DNA of 64,000 bases from Pseudooctadecabacter sp. (GCF_965657175.1 NZ_CBFHNH010000003.1:94155-158154), one strand, 5' to 3'; positions 35,644 to 45,760 are shown, counted from the first letter of the stretch. Program-made: numbers and translations. Notes: generated by a model not told the origin, from the letters alone.

Positions 35644-36134
35644 TCCGCCTCGCCCTTGCCTTTGCGTTCTGCGGGCAAGCGGCCGCGGCAGGCGGTCTGA
35701 TGGACCGCACGGTGACCTTCGGCGCATTGGCCTATGACGACCGCGATGCTCCCATCTATGTGGGCGAACGCCACCCCGCACAGGTCGGCCCCGGTATCGA
35801 ATACGGGCTTGGGCCAGAGGGTATGCAAAACGGCTGGGATATCGTGCCGTCGATCATCGACATTCAGGACCAAGCGGTCGTTCTGACCTACCCCGAAGGC
35901 GTGTCGGGGGAATTCCCCGAACCTGCGTTCAACGGCTATGTCCTCGATTTTCTGACAGAATGTGTGTTGTTCAACGGTGCGGAACTGGACGTCGAAAATT
36001 CGACCGTCACCTTGGATCACGATGCGATTTTCGTCGAAGGATCGCGTCTATTTGTGGACGTGGGTGGGGTCACCTTTGGGCCGGATGTCTTTGTGGTGGT
36101 CAACGTCGACGTGGCCGACTGCCCGCTGAGTTAG
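35640..36134 (+). CDS. Secreted beta-rich hypothetical protein
   Basis: Signal peptide (AAAA), acidic beta-strand pattern, GTG overlapping the accA stop. Confidence 0.7.
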   Translation: MIRLALAFAFCGQAAAAGGLMDRTVTFGALAYDDRDAPIYVGERHPAQVGPGIEYGLGPEGMQNGWDIVPSIIDIQDQAVVLTYPEGVSGEFPEPAFNGYVLDFLTECVLFNGAELDVENSTVTLDHDAIFVEGSRLFVDVGGVTFGPDVFVVVNVDVADCPLS

Positions 36135-36847
36135 TGGGAAGGGATGTCCGTGTACCGTTCGCGGTGCCATGTGACATAGGTCTGTGCTGCCGTAAGGTTG
36201 AGCCGCTGGATCAGCGACCACAAAACGTGATCATCATCATCAACCTCGACCGTTGCTTTCGACCAGCCCATGGCGGTGGCGCGACGCAGGCACGCAGCCA
36301 GCGTCGCGGGCAACAGCGCGGGATCCCCACCGATCCACCCCAATTCCTGCCCCTCCCGTAGGCTGGCAAAGGCCCGCGTGCGCCCTTGGGGGCCGTCGCG
36401 CAGGGCCAGACCCTCCACCAGATCATCCCCGATGAACACATCCCGAAGGCCGCCTTTTGGCACGCGGGGCGGGTTGCTGTGATGGGTGGTCTGATAATGC
36501 CGCCAATGGGCCTGCACCCAGCCGTCCCAAGGGGCGCGTTCGCCGGGGCGAAACCAATGGGTGGCAATGTGATCCGGCGGCGGGGCCGCCAGAACGGGAT
36601 CGCACTGCGCAGACAGCGGCAGGTCAATCAGTTGCGTGATGCGGTTGGGGGCAAAGCCGTTGGCGGACAGCGCGTCGCAGGCCTGCCCGCGCAGGGCCAC
36701 GACACGGTAACGGTGGATGATGTCGGGCGGGTTAAAAGTATCCAAATCCTCGGCCAAGGCCTGTGCCAGATCAGGGTGGTCCAGCCCGTCCTCCATCACG
36801 GACAACGCGTGGGGATGCAGGTCAGATTGCTGCCATGGCAGGTTCAT
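36131..36847 (-). CDS. Hypothetical protein, possibly degenerate tandem GNAT fold
   Basis: 238 aa, ATGA-coupled to the upstream gene. C-terminal 'ATVEVDDDD...LIQRLNL...TYVTW' resembles GNAT motif B. Confidence 0.5.
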   Translation of the reverse strand: MNLPWQQSDLHPHALSVMEDGLDHPDLAQALAEDLDTFNPPDIIHRYRVVALRGQACDALSANGFAPNRITQLIDLPLSAQCDPVLAAPPPDHIATHWFRPGERAPWDGWVQAHWRHYQTTHHSNPPRVPKGGLRDVFIGDDLVEGLALRDGPQGRTRAFASLREGQELGWIGGDPALLPATLAACLRRATAMGWSKATVEVDDDDHVLWSLIQRLNLTAAQTYVTWHRERYTDIPSH

Positions 36848-37380
36848 TCGTCCGGCAGGTCGTCCATGACAACGACGTTGGATACGATACCGTCACCGGC
36901 GATCATGACGACACGCAAGCCACGGTCCTGTTGGGTCGGGTCTTCGTACCATCCGGCAATATTGGGGGCCGTGTTCTGCTCGGCCACAAGGCCCAGCAGA
37001 TCGGCGTAGCGGGCCGTAAAGCCATCCGCGCGGACCTCAAACGCGGGCGTGCGGCGTTCGGTATAGATGGGGGAGATTTCGCAAATACGAGAGGCGCGAC
37101 CCACCCCGTCAATCGTGCCCCATTGGGCCGAAAACCGGCCGTCATAAATCAGCCGCGCACCGCCATCCGACACGGCGTCGCGCAGGGGGACGTCATCAAA
37201 CACACCTGGCGTGCGTCCCATGTCTGAAAATGGCGCATCGCCGGTCTGAACGTAAGGCACGCAGTGATCGGTGAGGACACTGGCCAGCCGGTCATCATCG
37301 GACACACCTGTCAGCGCATAGAACGCCCAGACACCGATCGCGGCCAACAGCGCACCGGTCAGAAAGCCCCAGCGTTTCAT
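36844..37380 (-). CDS. Membrane-anchored hypothetical protein
   Basis: 178 aa, N-terminal TM, two Cys, compact spacing with both neighbours. Confidence 0.6.
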   Translation of the reverse strand: MKRWGFLTGALLAAIGVWAFYALTGVSDDDRLASVLTDHCVPYVQTGDAPFSDMGRTPGVFDDVPLRDAVSDGGARLIYDGRFSAQWGTIDGVGRASRICEISPIYTERRTPAFEVRADGFTARYADLLGLVAEQNTAPNIAGWYEDPTQQDRGLRVVMIAGDGIVSNVVVMDDLPDE

Positions 37381-37980
37381 TCACCACATCCTTGTCTTGG
37401 CGTATTCGGCATAGCCGTCGTCATAGCTGCGGGCGTCGAATTCAGCCTTTTGTTCTTTGATCATCTGCCCTGCAGTTGGCAGGTCGACGTCCTGATCCGC
37501 TGTCCACAACTCAGATCGCATGATCGCCTTGGCGCATTGGAAATACGCCTCCCCCATGGTGACGACGATCACGGATTTGGGGTGGGTGCCGCGCTGATCG
37601 AAGGTCTGCGTGACAGCGGGGTCCGCCGTCAGGCTCGCCGTGCCGTTGATGCGGATCACATTGCTGGCGCCGGGCACCATGAACATCAGGCTGATCCGCC
37701 CGTCGCGCACGATGTTGCGCAAACTGTCGAGGCGGTTGTTGCCGCGCCAGTCAGGCAGATGCAGCGTGGTGTCATCCACCACACGCACAACGGGGCCGGT
37801 GTCGCCACGGGGTGACCCATCTGTGCCCTCGGGGCCCACCGTGGTGACCACGCAAAACCGCGCCGCCTCTAGCCATTTGGCATAAAGCGGCGTGATCCGG
37901 CGCACCACTTTATCGAGGGACGCAGGCACGGGCACGTCATAAAGCGTCTCAAGGTCTTCGATGGTGGTGATCTGTGTCAT
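37381..37980 (-). CDS. Pyridoxamine 5'-phosphate oxidase-like FMN-binding protein
   Basis: DGSPRGD, LPDWRGNNRLDSLRNI, SLMFMVPG, IRING.A, EAYFQCAKAIMRS.LW. Confidence 0.88.
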   Translation of the reverse strand: MTQITTIEDLETLYDVPVPASLDKVVRRITPLYAKWLEAARFCVVTTVGPEGTDGSPRGDTGPVVRVVDDTTLHLPDWRGNNRLDSLRNIVRDGRISLMFMVPGASNVIRINGTASLTADPAVTQTFDQRGTHPKSVIVVTMGEAYFQCAKAIMRSELWTADQDVDLPTAGQMIKEQKAEFDARSYDDGYAEYAKTRMW

Positions 37981-38714
37981 TGCTCAATCGCGGTAAATCC
38001 CGCCTCCCGCATCAGCGCGTTTGACCGCGCCTCGACCGAGTGTTCCAGCTGTTCCATGAACGGTTCAAGCTCCATCCCCGGTTTGATGGGGTCCATGAAA
38101 TCCACCACAGCCACCCCCGGTGCGCGGTAGATGCCGCGCTTTGGCCAGAAGACGCCGACGTTGGCGGCCACAGGCACGCAATCCTGCCCCAGTTCTTTGT
38201 ACAAAACACCTGTCCCGATCTTGTAGGGCGCCTTCACGCCCGGCGCGATGCGGGTGCCTTGGGAATAGATAATCAACTGACCGGGAAACAGGCGTCCGGC
38301 TTCAACGTCTGCGACCATCTTTTTGATCGCGCTGCCGCGCTTGCCCCGTTTGACAGGGATGCAGCCCACGCGCAGGCCGAATTGGCCGACAATAGGCGCG
38401 AATTTCAGGACGTCTTTCATGATAAAGCGTCCCGCCGGAATGGCCGAATAGATCATCAGCACGTCCAAGAACGACTGGTGTTTGGCGGCGATCAAGCAGG
38501 CATATTGGGGCGGCGTGCCGCGCACCTGACATTTCAGGCCAATGAGCCAACCGGCGAGCCACATGATGAACCAGCAATAAGACCGGCAACACAGGATCGC
38601 GGCCTTGCGCGAAAAGACCGCAGGGATCGCAAAGACAAGGCTCCACGGCAGCATGACCGCATACATGATGACGATAAACACAAAGGATCGGATCCATTGG
38701 ACGGCATAGGTCAT
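37977..38714 (-). CDS. plsC: 1-acyl-sn-glycerol-3-phosphate acyltransferase
   Basis: KHQSFLD (HX4D), IPVKRG, YSQGTR, VPVA.N. Downstream of ftsEX. Confidence 0.85.
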   Translation of the reverse strand: MTYAVQWIRSFVFIVIMYAVMLPWSLVFAIPAVFSRKAAILCCRSYCWFIMWLAGWLIGLKCQVRGTPPQYACLIAAKHQSFLDVLMIYSAIPAGRFIMKDVLKFAPIVGQFGLRVGCIPVKRGKRGSAIKKMVADVEAGRLFPGQLIIYSQGTRIAPGVKAPYKIGTGVLYKELGQDCVPVAANVGVFWPKRGIYRAPGVAVVDFMDPIKPGMELEPFMEQLEHSVEARSNALMREAGFTAIEQ

Positions 38715-39616
38715 GATTGTTCCTTCAAGGTGCGCAAGGCGGCGTGCCGCGTGGCGGCAAAGGCCACAACAGCGGCCAGTATGGGGATGATCAGCGGCCA
38801 AAGCCAGTGCCAGCCCTGAAAGCCAAGCCCGGTCAGAAACCCGCCTGCCACATCCGTTCGCGGCAACAACAAGACCGCCAGGGTTCCGGCCAGCGTGCCT
38901 GCGGCGGCCCCTGTCAGCGCACGCAGGGTGAACCGGCGGATGAAGGCGCGGGCGATGTAGATGTCCTGCGCGCCCACAAGACGCATCACGCGGATAACTT
39001 GCGCATTGGCCGCCAGCGCCGCATTGGCGGCCAGCGTGATCATCGCCGCCGTTGCACCTGCGATCAGGATCATCGACACAATGCCCAACAGGCGCAAACG
39101 GGACGCGGCCTCAACCAAAGGGGCGCGCCAGCGGGTATGGTCATCCAGAACCGCGCCGGGCACTTCGGCCTGAAGCCGCGCGCGCAGGCCCGTGGCATCA
39201 AACCCCGCATCGCCTTCGACAATCTCGATCAGTTGCGGCACTGGCAGCGTTTCAATAGGCAGATCGGGGCCGAACCACGGGGCCAGAAGGGCGCGTTGTT
39301 CATCATCCGTCAGCGCGCGAGCTGAGGCCACACCGGGTGTAGTTTGCAACACGGCCAATGCCGCGTCGCGCTGTGCAACAACCTGACCCGCCGGTGCAGA
39401 AATCCGCAAGGTCGATGTCTTGGCCAGTTCAGACGACCAACGATCCGCCAGGCGCCCAGTCGCCAAAGACAGGGCCAGCGCAAAGACGGCCAGAAACGCC
39501 ATGGCAAAGGCCGACAACACGGTCAGACGTGCGGTAAATCCCGTGGGCGGCACCGCACGATCGGCTTGCGGATCACCCGCCAGAATATCCAGCCATCGGC
39601 GCAACATATCCATCAC
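38711..39616 (-). CDS. ftsX: Cell division permease FtsX
   Basis: Four-TM ABC permease pattern, 'VMRLVGAQD.YIA..F', coupled to ftsE. Confidence 0.9.
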   Translation of the reverse strand: MMDMLRRWLDILAGDPQADRAVPPTGFTARLTVLSAFAMAFLAVFALALSLATGRLADRWSSELAKTSTLRISAPAGQVVAQRDAALAVLQTTPGVASARALTDDEQRALLAPWFGPDLPIETLPVPQLIEIVEGDAGFDATGLRARLQAEVPGAVLDDHTRWRAPLVEAASRLRLLGIVSMILIAGATAAMITLAANAALAANAQVIRVMRLVGAQDIYIARAFIRRFTLRALTGAAAGTLAGTLAVLLLPRTDVAGGFLTGLGFQGWHWLWPLIIPILAAVVAFAATRHAALRTLKEQS

Positions 39617-40284
39617 AGATCCGCCCCCGCCAGCTGCAACTTGCGGTCCTTCAGGCGCAACACACGGGCGCTGACCTGCGCCTTTGCGGTACGGATCAGG
39701 CTTAGATCGTGGGTGGCAATCAAGATCGTCTTGCCCATTTTATTGAGCTCCAACAGCAGCGCCATCAACCGCTGTGACATCTCAGCATCCACATTGCCTG
39801 TGGGTTCATCCGCGAGGATCACATCAGGCGACATGATCACCGCACGGGCCAATGCCGCACGCTGACGTTCACCGCCCGACAGCTCCGGCGGGGTCTGGGC
39901 GGCTTGGCGCGTCAGGCCAACCCACCCCAGAAGGTCCGTCACATCACTGGGCTGCGCGCTGCGACCTGAAACGGTCAACGGCAGCGCGATGTTTTCAGCC
40001 ACAGACAAATGGTCGAGGAACTGGCAATCTTGGTGCACGACACCAATACGCCGCCGGATTTGGGCCACGGCATTGCGATCCATGGCGCGCGCGTCTTCTC
40101 CAAACAGCCGGACTTGCCCGCCGGTCGCGATCAATTCGCCATAACACAATTTTAACAGAGTGGTTTTTCCGGCACCCGACGGTCCGGTGAGAAAATGGAA
40201 CGATCCGGGCGCCAAAGACAGGTTCAGCGCGGAGAAAAGCTCTGCCCCGCCATAGGAATAAGCGACATTGTCCAGCTCGATCAC
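39613..40284 (-). CDS. ftsE: Cell division ATP-binding protein FtsE
   Basis: GPSGAGKTTLL, RRRIGVVHQD, LSGGERQR, LADEPTGNVD, LIATHD. Confidence 0.92.
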   Translation of the reverse strand: MIELDNVAYSYGGAELFSALNLSLAPGSFHFLTGPSGAGKTTLLKLCYGELIATGGQVRLFGEDARAMDRNAVAQIRRRIGVVHQDCQFLDHLSVAENIALPLTVSGRSAQPSDVTDLLGWVGLTRQAAQTPPELSGGERQRAALARAVIMSPDVILADEPTGNVDAEMSQRLMALLLELNKMGKTILIATHDLSLIRTAKAQVSARVLRLKDRKLQLAGADL

Positions 40285-40449
40285 GGTTGCCCCCGTTCGT
40301 TACATCGGTTTTGGCGCAAAGAAGCGTTACATGCAATCAACAGACCCATTGATTTTATTGCCAAACCTACCCGAGGGGACTTTTCGCCCGTTAAGAATTA
40401 GGAAACAATGACACAGTAACCCATTCGATTAAGGCAAGGGAACACAACA

Positions 40450-41343
40450 ATGCGGCTGATCTGCCCGAATTGCGGTGCGCAATATGAGGTCGCGGATGAT
40501 GTCATCCCGCAGGCCGGTCGTGACGTGCAATGTTCCAACTGCGGGCATACCTGGTTTGAAACGCCCGGCGCATCCGTGGCCGATGAACACCCGACGCCAG
40601 TCGCGACCGACCTGCCAGAGCCAGCCCCAGAGGCTGACCCCGCGCCCGAGCCAACGCCAGAGCCTGACCCCGAACCAACGCCAGAGCCTGAACCAACGCC
40701 AGAGCCTGAACCCGATCCGGAACCAGAGCCTGAACCCGAAGCGCCAGAACCTGAGCCGGAACCCGAACTGCAGCGCCGTGAACTGGACCCGGGCGTCGCC
40801 GACATCCTGCGTGAGGAGGCCGAATTCGAAAAGGCCGCCCGCGCCGCTGAGGCGGACCCGATTGAAACCCAGCCGGAAATGGACCTATCCCAAGACCCCG
40901 ACGAAGACCGCCGCAGCCGTGAGGCCCGTGACCGTCTGGCGCGTCTGCGCGGCGAACAGGACACCACGACCAACGCGGCAACGGCGGCAGCCGTGGGGGC
41001 GACGATGGCCAGCCAAACCGACGCCCCGCGACGCGAACTGTTGCCCGACATCGAAGAAATCAATTCCACCCTGCGCCCTGACGAAACATCACAGTCTTCT
41101 GACGATGATGTTGAGGTCAGCACAGGCAAAAGTGGTTTCCGCCGTGGCTTTATGTTGATGGTTTTGATCGCCCTGATCGCGCTGGCCGCCTACGTCTTTG
41201 CGCCCCAAATTGCGGCAGCCGTGCCCCAAACCGAAGGGCCGTTGATGGCCTATGTGAATTGGGTCGACGGCATGCGTTTGTGGCTCGATGCCCAGATCGG
41301 CAATCTGGTGGAACAAGCCGGATCCGGTGAGGGCGACAGCTGA
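40450..41343 (+). CDS. MJ0042-type zinc-ribbon protein with Pro-Glu linker and C-terminal TM
   Basis: [12 protein letters not shown]...[10 protein letters not shown], (PE)n tract, hydrophobic segment near the C-terminus. Confidence 0.88.
   Translation: MRLICPNCGAQYEVADDVIPQAGRDVQCSNCGHTWFETPGASVADEHPTPVATDLPEPAPEADPAPEPTPEPDPEPTPEPEPTPEPEPDPEPEPEPEAPEPEPEPELQRRELDPGVADILREEAEFEKAARAAEADPIETQPEMDLSQDPDEDRRSREARDRLARLRGEQDTTTNAATAAAVGATMASQTDAPRRELLPDIEEINSTLRPDETSQSSDDDVEVSTGKSGFRRGFMLMVLIALIALAAYVFAPQIAAAVPQTEGPLMAYVNWVDGMRLWLDAQIGNLVEQAGSGEGDS
40615..40767 (+). repeat. Coding tandem repeat (Pro-Glu/Thr/Asp)
   Basis: GAACCAACGCCAGAGCCT-type 18-bp units, some exact. Confidence 0.8.
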
Positions 41344-41344
41344 C

Positions 41345-44023
41345 CTAGAACCGGTCGAGCAAGCGGCGCAGATAATCCAGTTCTTCTTGCGGGCGGGTCT
41401 GTTCTGACGACCGATCCCGCAATTCGCGCAGCAGTTCTTCCGCGCGGCGGTTCAATTCATCCTGCAGCATGGATTCTTCGGACCCGAACTGACCTTGGGT
41501 GCCCATCTGGCGGCCCAATGGGTCGCGACGTTCAGGTTCTGGCCGGCCTTCGGCATTGCCCGTTTGGGTGCCTTGGCCTTCGCGCAATTCGTCCGTTTGG
41601 TTTTCGGCCAGTGCCTGACCAAGGCTGCGCAACCCGTCCCGCAGGGCGTCCAAGGCTTCGGCCTGTTGATCGATCGCACCGGGCAAGTCGCCTTCGCGCA
41701 GGGCATCTTCGGCGTTGTCCATGGCCCCTTCGGCGCGTTCCAGCGACCGCTCCGCGTTGTCGGCGGCATCGCCGGTCAGACCGGGCAGGCCATCGCGCAG
41801 CTGGTTTAGGCCCTGACGCAACGCCTGCTGGCGTTCGGCCAGTGATCCCGCATCCCCACCGCCGCCTTCGCCGCCTTGCCCGCTGTCATCAGTCAAACCA
41901 CCTTGGGTGTTGTCACCCTGACCTTGGCCTTGGCCTTGCTGCTGGCCTTGTTGGCCCCCTTGGCCTTGCTGGCCATCCTGCCCTTGCTGGCCTTGCTGCT
42001 GCCCGGGTTGCTGGCCCTGTTGTTGACCCTGCTGCTGGCCCTGGTCCTGACCTGGTTGTTGTCCTTGTTGCTGGCCGTCCTGCTGGCCCTGATTGAACTG
42101 CTCCTGCAATTCGCGGAACGCTTCATCGGACAGCTGTTGCTGGTCGCGCAACGTTTCGGCGAGGTCTTCCATGCTTTGCTGGCCCGGCGTCTGGGGACCA
42201 CCTTCGCCGCCCTCCCCTTGGGTGACTTGCAGGTTTTCCATCAACTCATTGAGCTGTTCCATCAGCTCCATCGCTTCGGCCATGCGGCCTTCTTCCATCA
42301 GCTCCTGAATACGGTCCATGAGGGCCTGCAATTCGTCTTGGGTGATAGTCTGGCTTTCGCCCTGCTGTGGCTGATCGGTCCCGTCATTCGGTTCCGCATT
42401 CTGCGCCAGCATGTTCATATAATCGTTCATCGCCTCACGCAGTTCCTGCATCAGTTCGGCGATTTCTTCGTCAGAGGCACCATTGCGCATCGCCTCTTCC
42501 AGCCGCTCCTGCGCCCGTTCAAGACGGGCGCGGGCATCGGCGAGGGACCCTTCCTCAAGCTGAACGGCAAGCTCCCACAAGGCATCCACGACCTCATCGC
42601 GGACGTCATCCGTCAAACCGACCTCCTCGATGTTTTCCAAACGACGGATGATGAACCGCAGACGCAAATACGTGGTCTCATCGGGGAAAATATCGTCGGG
42701 GCGGTGGGACACGGCGCGCAAAACCTGTGCCGCGCGGACGGCATTGGTTTTCGACCAAAGGATATCGCGACGCTGTTCCACCACCGCCCGCGCGATGGGT
42801 TGAAAAAAGCGGCGCCCGGGCAAGATGATCGGCTCAGGCTCGGTCGTGCCGGTCTGGCCCAGCGCATCTTCGACCTGCAAGGTGATCGTGACGGGCATGT
42901 TGGCAAACGGGTGTTCGCTGAAATCGTCGATCAACATCTCTTCGAAATCGGCGCGGTCGCCTGAAAACGGCATCGGCAAGTCGATCACCACCGCATCGCG
43001 CGGGTCCGGATCGACCGTCAGACCATAGCGGCGGTCAACGCGCGCCAGATCAAGGGCGATGGTCGCGGTGCCCGCGACAACGGCATAATCATCCATCGCC
43101 AAAAAAGGTTGCGACATCTCGCCATTGGCATCGGCCTCTACGGGACCGGTCAGATCAACCGTGGGCGCTTGGTCGTCCAGCAAAAGGATATTCCAACGGG
43201 CCCCACCGTCCCCATCAATCGAAATCGTGCCGGATTGCGTGACCTCAAACCCCTGCTGTTGATCCGTGGCAGGGGGGATGTCATCTGTCCGGCCGGATAC
43301 GGTTTCGGACACAGTCAGGTCACCCGTGTCGCCATAAAGACGGATGGTCACAAAGGACCCTTGCGGGATTTGCACACGGTTCGCGATGATATCGGCAAGG
43401 TACAGCGTCGGCTTGCCGGTATAGGCGGGCGGTTCGATCCAGCCTTCCCAAACAGGCCCCGTCACCAGCGTGGCATCCGCACCGCTGGCCATATCAGCCA
43501 CGGTGCCAACCCGCCAGATCGACCCAAACAGAAGGGCGACCACCATCACCAGCAACGCCATATAACGAAGGCCGAAGGGGTCCTTGGAAGATACCCGAAG
43601 GTCAGGTTCGACCGCACGGGCGTCACGGGTCTTGGCGGCCATTCTGTCCAGATGCGCAGCCCAAACGGCCTCGGATGCGGGATCACCTGCACCAATGGCC
43701 TGACTGTCGTTCAGCGCGGCAATGGGCCGACCCGGCAGGCGCGCATCCACGCGGGCTATCGCCTCAGCCTCTGACGGCCAGGCGAACACGCGAACACCGC
43801 GATACAACGTATAGAGCAACGTAAGGGCGGCGATAACACCGCTCCCCCATAACACCTCAAGCGGGACGATCTCATGCCACCCCATCATCAGCGGCGCAAA
43901 CACCACAAAGAGAACCGTCCAGACGGGCCAGAACGCCTGCGTCACACGTTCAGCCACAAGGCCGGCACGGGTCAGGGCGATGGGCAGTTTCAGGTGCCGT
44001 GGGACGGGGTGATTGGGGGTCAG
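41345..44023 (-). CDS. TIGR02302/DUF4175 family membrane protein
   Basis: AERVTQAFWP, DPFGLRY, WIEPPAYTGKP, DDYAV, Gln/Gly-rich linker, ELDYLRRLL. Start proposed at CTG 44023 (AGGAG 7 nt upstream); the first canonical start is GTG 43957. Confidence 0.85.
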   Translation of the reverse strand: MTPNHPVPRHLKLPIALTRAGLVAERVTQAFWPVWTVLFVVFAPLMMGWHEIVPLEVLWGSGVIAALTLLYTLYRGVRVFAWPSEAEAIARVDARLPGRPIAALNDSQAIGAGDPASEAVWAAHLDRMAAKTRDARAVEPDLRVSSKDPFGLRYMALLVMVVALLFGSIWRVGTVADMASGADATLVTGPVWEGWIEPPAYTGKPTLYLADIIANRVQIPQGSFVTIRLYGDTGDLTVSETVSGRTDDIPPATDQQQGFEVTQSGTISIDGDGGARWNILLLDDQAPTVDLTGPVEADANGEMSQPFLAMDDYAVVAGTATIALDLARVDRRYGLTVDPDPRDAVVIDLPMPFSGDRADFEEMLIDDFSEHPFANMPVTITLQVEDALGQTGTTEPEPIILPGRRFFQPIARAVVEQRRDILWSKTNAVRAAQVLRAVSHRPDDIFPDETTYLRLRFIIRRLENIEEVGLTDDVRDEVVDALWELAVQLEEGSLADARARLERAQERLEEAMRNGASDEEIAELMQELREAMNDYMNMLAQNAEPNDGTDQPQQGESQTITQDELQALMDRIQELMEEGRMAEAMELMEQLNELMENLQVTQGEGGEGGPQTPGQQSMEDLAETLRDQQQLSDEAFRELQEQFNQGQQDGQQQGQQPGQDQGQQQGQQQGQQPGQQQGQQGQDGQQGQGGQQGQQQGQGQGQGDNTQGGLTDDSGQGGEGGGGDAGSLAERQQALRQGLNQLRDGLPGLTGDAADNAERSLERAEGAMDNAEDALREGDLPGAIDQQAEALDALRDGLRSLGQALAENQTDELREGQGTQTGNAEGRPEPERRDPLGRQMGTQGQFGSEESMLQDELNRRAEELLRELRDRSSEQTRPQEELDYLRRLLDRF
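41930..42100 (-). repeat. Coding low-complexity repeat (QQGQ)n
   Basis: Repeated CAGCAAGGCCAG/CAGGGCCAG units in the Gln/Gly linker. Confidence 0.75.
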
Positions 44024-44059
44024 ATGCCCTCTCCTGCTGATTTGGCTACGTCGAAACGA

Positions 44060-45325
44060 TCATAGCCATTCAGGTATGGTATCTCGATTGATCATCTCGT
44101 CAAAGGTGGGACGTCGGCGGATAACCGCGAATTGATCCCCTTTCACCAAAACTTCAGGGATCAAGGGGCGCGAATTGTATTCGCTCGACATCACCGCGCC
44201 ATAGGCCCCGGCGGAGCGAAAGCCGACCAGATCACCGGCAGACAGCGTGGGCATCAGGCGTTCCTTGGCAAAGGTATCGCCGGATTCGCAGACAGGGCCG
44301 ACAATATCATAGGGGGTAAAATCGTGGCCCGGCGCGGGTTCAACAACGGGAATGATGTCGTGCCAGGCTTCATACATGGCAGGACGGATCAGGTCATTCA
44401 TCGCCGCATCAAGGATCAGAAATTTGCGCCCCTCACCGGATTTCACATAAATGACGCCAGCCACCAAAAGCCCCGCATTGCCCGAAATCAAACGGCCCGG
44501 TTCAATCTCAATCTCACATCCCAAATGGCCGACTTCTTCTTGCACCATGGCGCCATAATCGGTGGGCAAAGGTGGGGCGGAATTGTCGCGGGCATAGGGA
44601 ATGCCCAGACCGCCCCCCAGATCAAGGCGCGTAATCTCGTGCCCGTCGGCACGCAGTTGTTCAGTCAGCTCCGCAACCTTGCGATAGGCCAGACGGAAAG
44701 GCTCCAACTCGGTCAACTGGCTGCCGATATGCACATCAATGCCAATCACCTTCAGCCCCGGAAGGGCAGCTGCCATGGCATAGACCTCACGGGCGCGCGA
44801 AATCGGGATGCCGAACTTGTCTTCCTTTTTGCCGGTCGAGATTTTGGCGTGGGTTTTGGCGTCCACATCCGGGTTGACGCGAACGGTGATCGGCGCCTGC
44901 ACGCCCAAACCCACCGCCACGTCGGACAGGGCTTCCATCTCAGGCTCGGATTCGACGTTGAACTGACGGATGCCACCCTCAAGCGCTATGCGCATTTCCT
45001 CGCGCGTTTTACCGATACCGGAAAAGACGATCCGGTCGCCGGAAATGCCCGCCGCCCGCGCCCTGCGGTATTCTCCGCCAGACACCACATCCATTCCAGC
45101 GCCCGCGTCGCCCAACAGCGTCAACACCGCCTGATTGGACAGCGATTTCATCGCAAAGCACACAAGGTGGTCTGTCCAAGCCAAGGCCTCATCAAACAGT
45201 TTGAAATGCCGCAGCAAGGTGGCCGACGAATAGACGTAGAATGGCGTGCCCACCTCAGCCGCGATCTGCGCAATCGCCACGTCCTCAGCCATCAACTGGC
45301 CGTCCCGATACAGAAAATGATCCAC
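44060..45325 (-). CDS. lysA: Diaminopimelate decarboxylase
   Basis: TPFYVYS, FAMKS (PLP Lys), DVVSGGE, HIGSQ, DLGGG, EPGR, GPVCESGD, AGAYG, YNSRP. Confidence 0.97.
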   Translation of the reverse strand: MDHFLYRDGQLMAEDVAIAQIAAEVGTPFYVYSSATLLRHFKLFDEALAWTDHLVCFAMKSLSNQAVLTLLGDAGAGMDVVSGGEYRRARAAGISGDRIVFSGIGKTREEMRIALEGGIRQFNVESEPEMEALSDVAVGLGVQAPITVRVNPDVDAKTHAKISTGKKEDKFGIPISRAREVYAMAAALPGLKVIGIDVHIGSQLTELEPFRLAYRKVAELTEQLRADGHEITRLDLGGGLGIPYARDNSAPPLPTDYGAMVQEEVGHLGCEIEIEPGRLISGNAGLLVAGVIYVKSGEGRKFLILDAAMNDLIRPAMYEAWHDIIPVVEPAPGHDFTPYDIVGPVCESGDTFAKERLMPTLSAGDLVGFRSAGAYGAVMSSEYNSRPLIPEVLVKGDQFAVIRRRPTFDEMINRDTIPEWL

Positions 45326-45386
45326 GACATGACCCTCCGGATTCGCGTCTCCCGTTGACCTAACAGATTACGCGCGCGGTCCAACC

Positions 45387-45440
45387 TTCATCTGGCCCGA
45401 AAAACTCCCGCCGGAGGCAACAAAATTCCGGAATTTTGTT
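45387..45440 (+). repeat. Intergenic repeat family, copy D (core plus palindrome)
   Basis: TTCATCTGGCCCGAAAAACTCCCGCCGGAGGC joined to AACAAAATTCCGGAATTTTGTT, abutting the DUF2834 stop. Confidence 0.85.
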
Positions 45441-45760
45441 TACCCGCCCGCGGCACGCGCCTTGGTCATCCGGATAAAAATGTACAAGGGCAGCCCGCAA
45501 CTGACGCCAATTCCAAAGGTCGCGGGGATCGCAACAAGCCGCACCCATTGGCGGGTCTGCACGGCTTCGTAAATCACCCAAACGGTCAGGGCGACCGCCG
45601 CCACTGTCAGGTCCCAAACCAAACCCGACGACGCATCATTGGCATGCCACGCATCGACCATCGCCATGATGTCCCATGTATTCGCCTGAAACCACGCGAT
45701 AAAATAGGACATCGGATGGATCGTCCCCCACACGGCCAGCGCCGCGAACACCCAACGCAT
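45440..45760 (-). CDS. DUF2834-like membrane protein
   Basis: LAVWGTIHPM.YF..W, ASSGLVWDL, IPATFGIGVSCGLPLYIF. Confidence 0.75.
   Translation of the reverse strand: MRWVFAALAVWGTIHPMSYFIAWFQANTWDIMAMVDAWHANDASSGLVWDLTVAAVALTVWVIYEAVQTRQWVRLVAIPATFGIGVSCGLPLYIFIRMTKARAAGG

Noticed and set aside
40385-40430. CtrA box in the ftsE / zinc-finger divergent region
   Set aside because: Only one good TTAAC half-site. The partner half has two or more mismatches.
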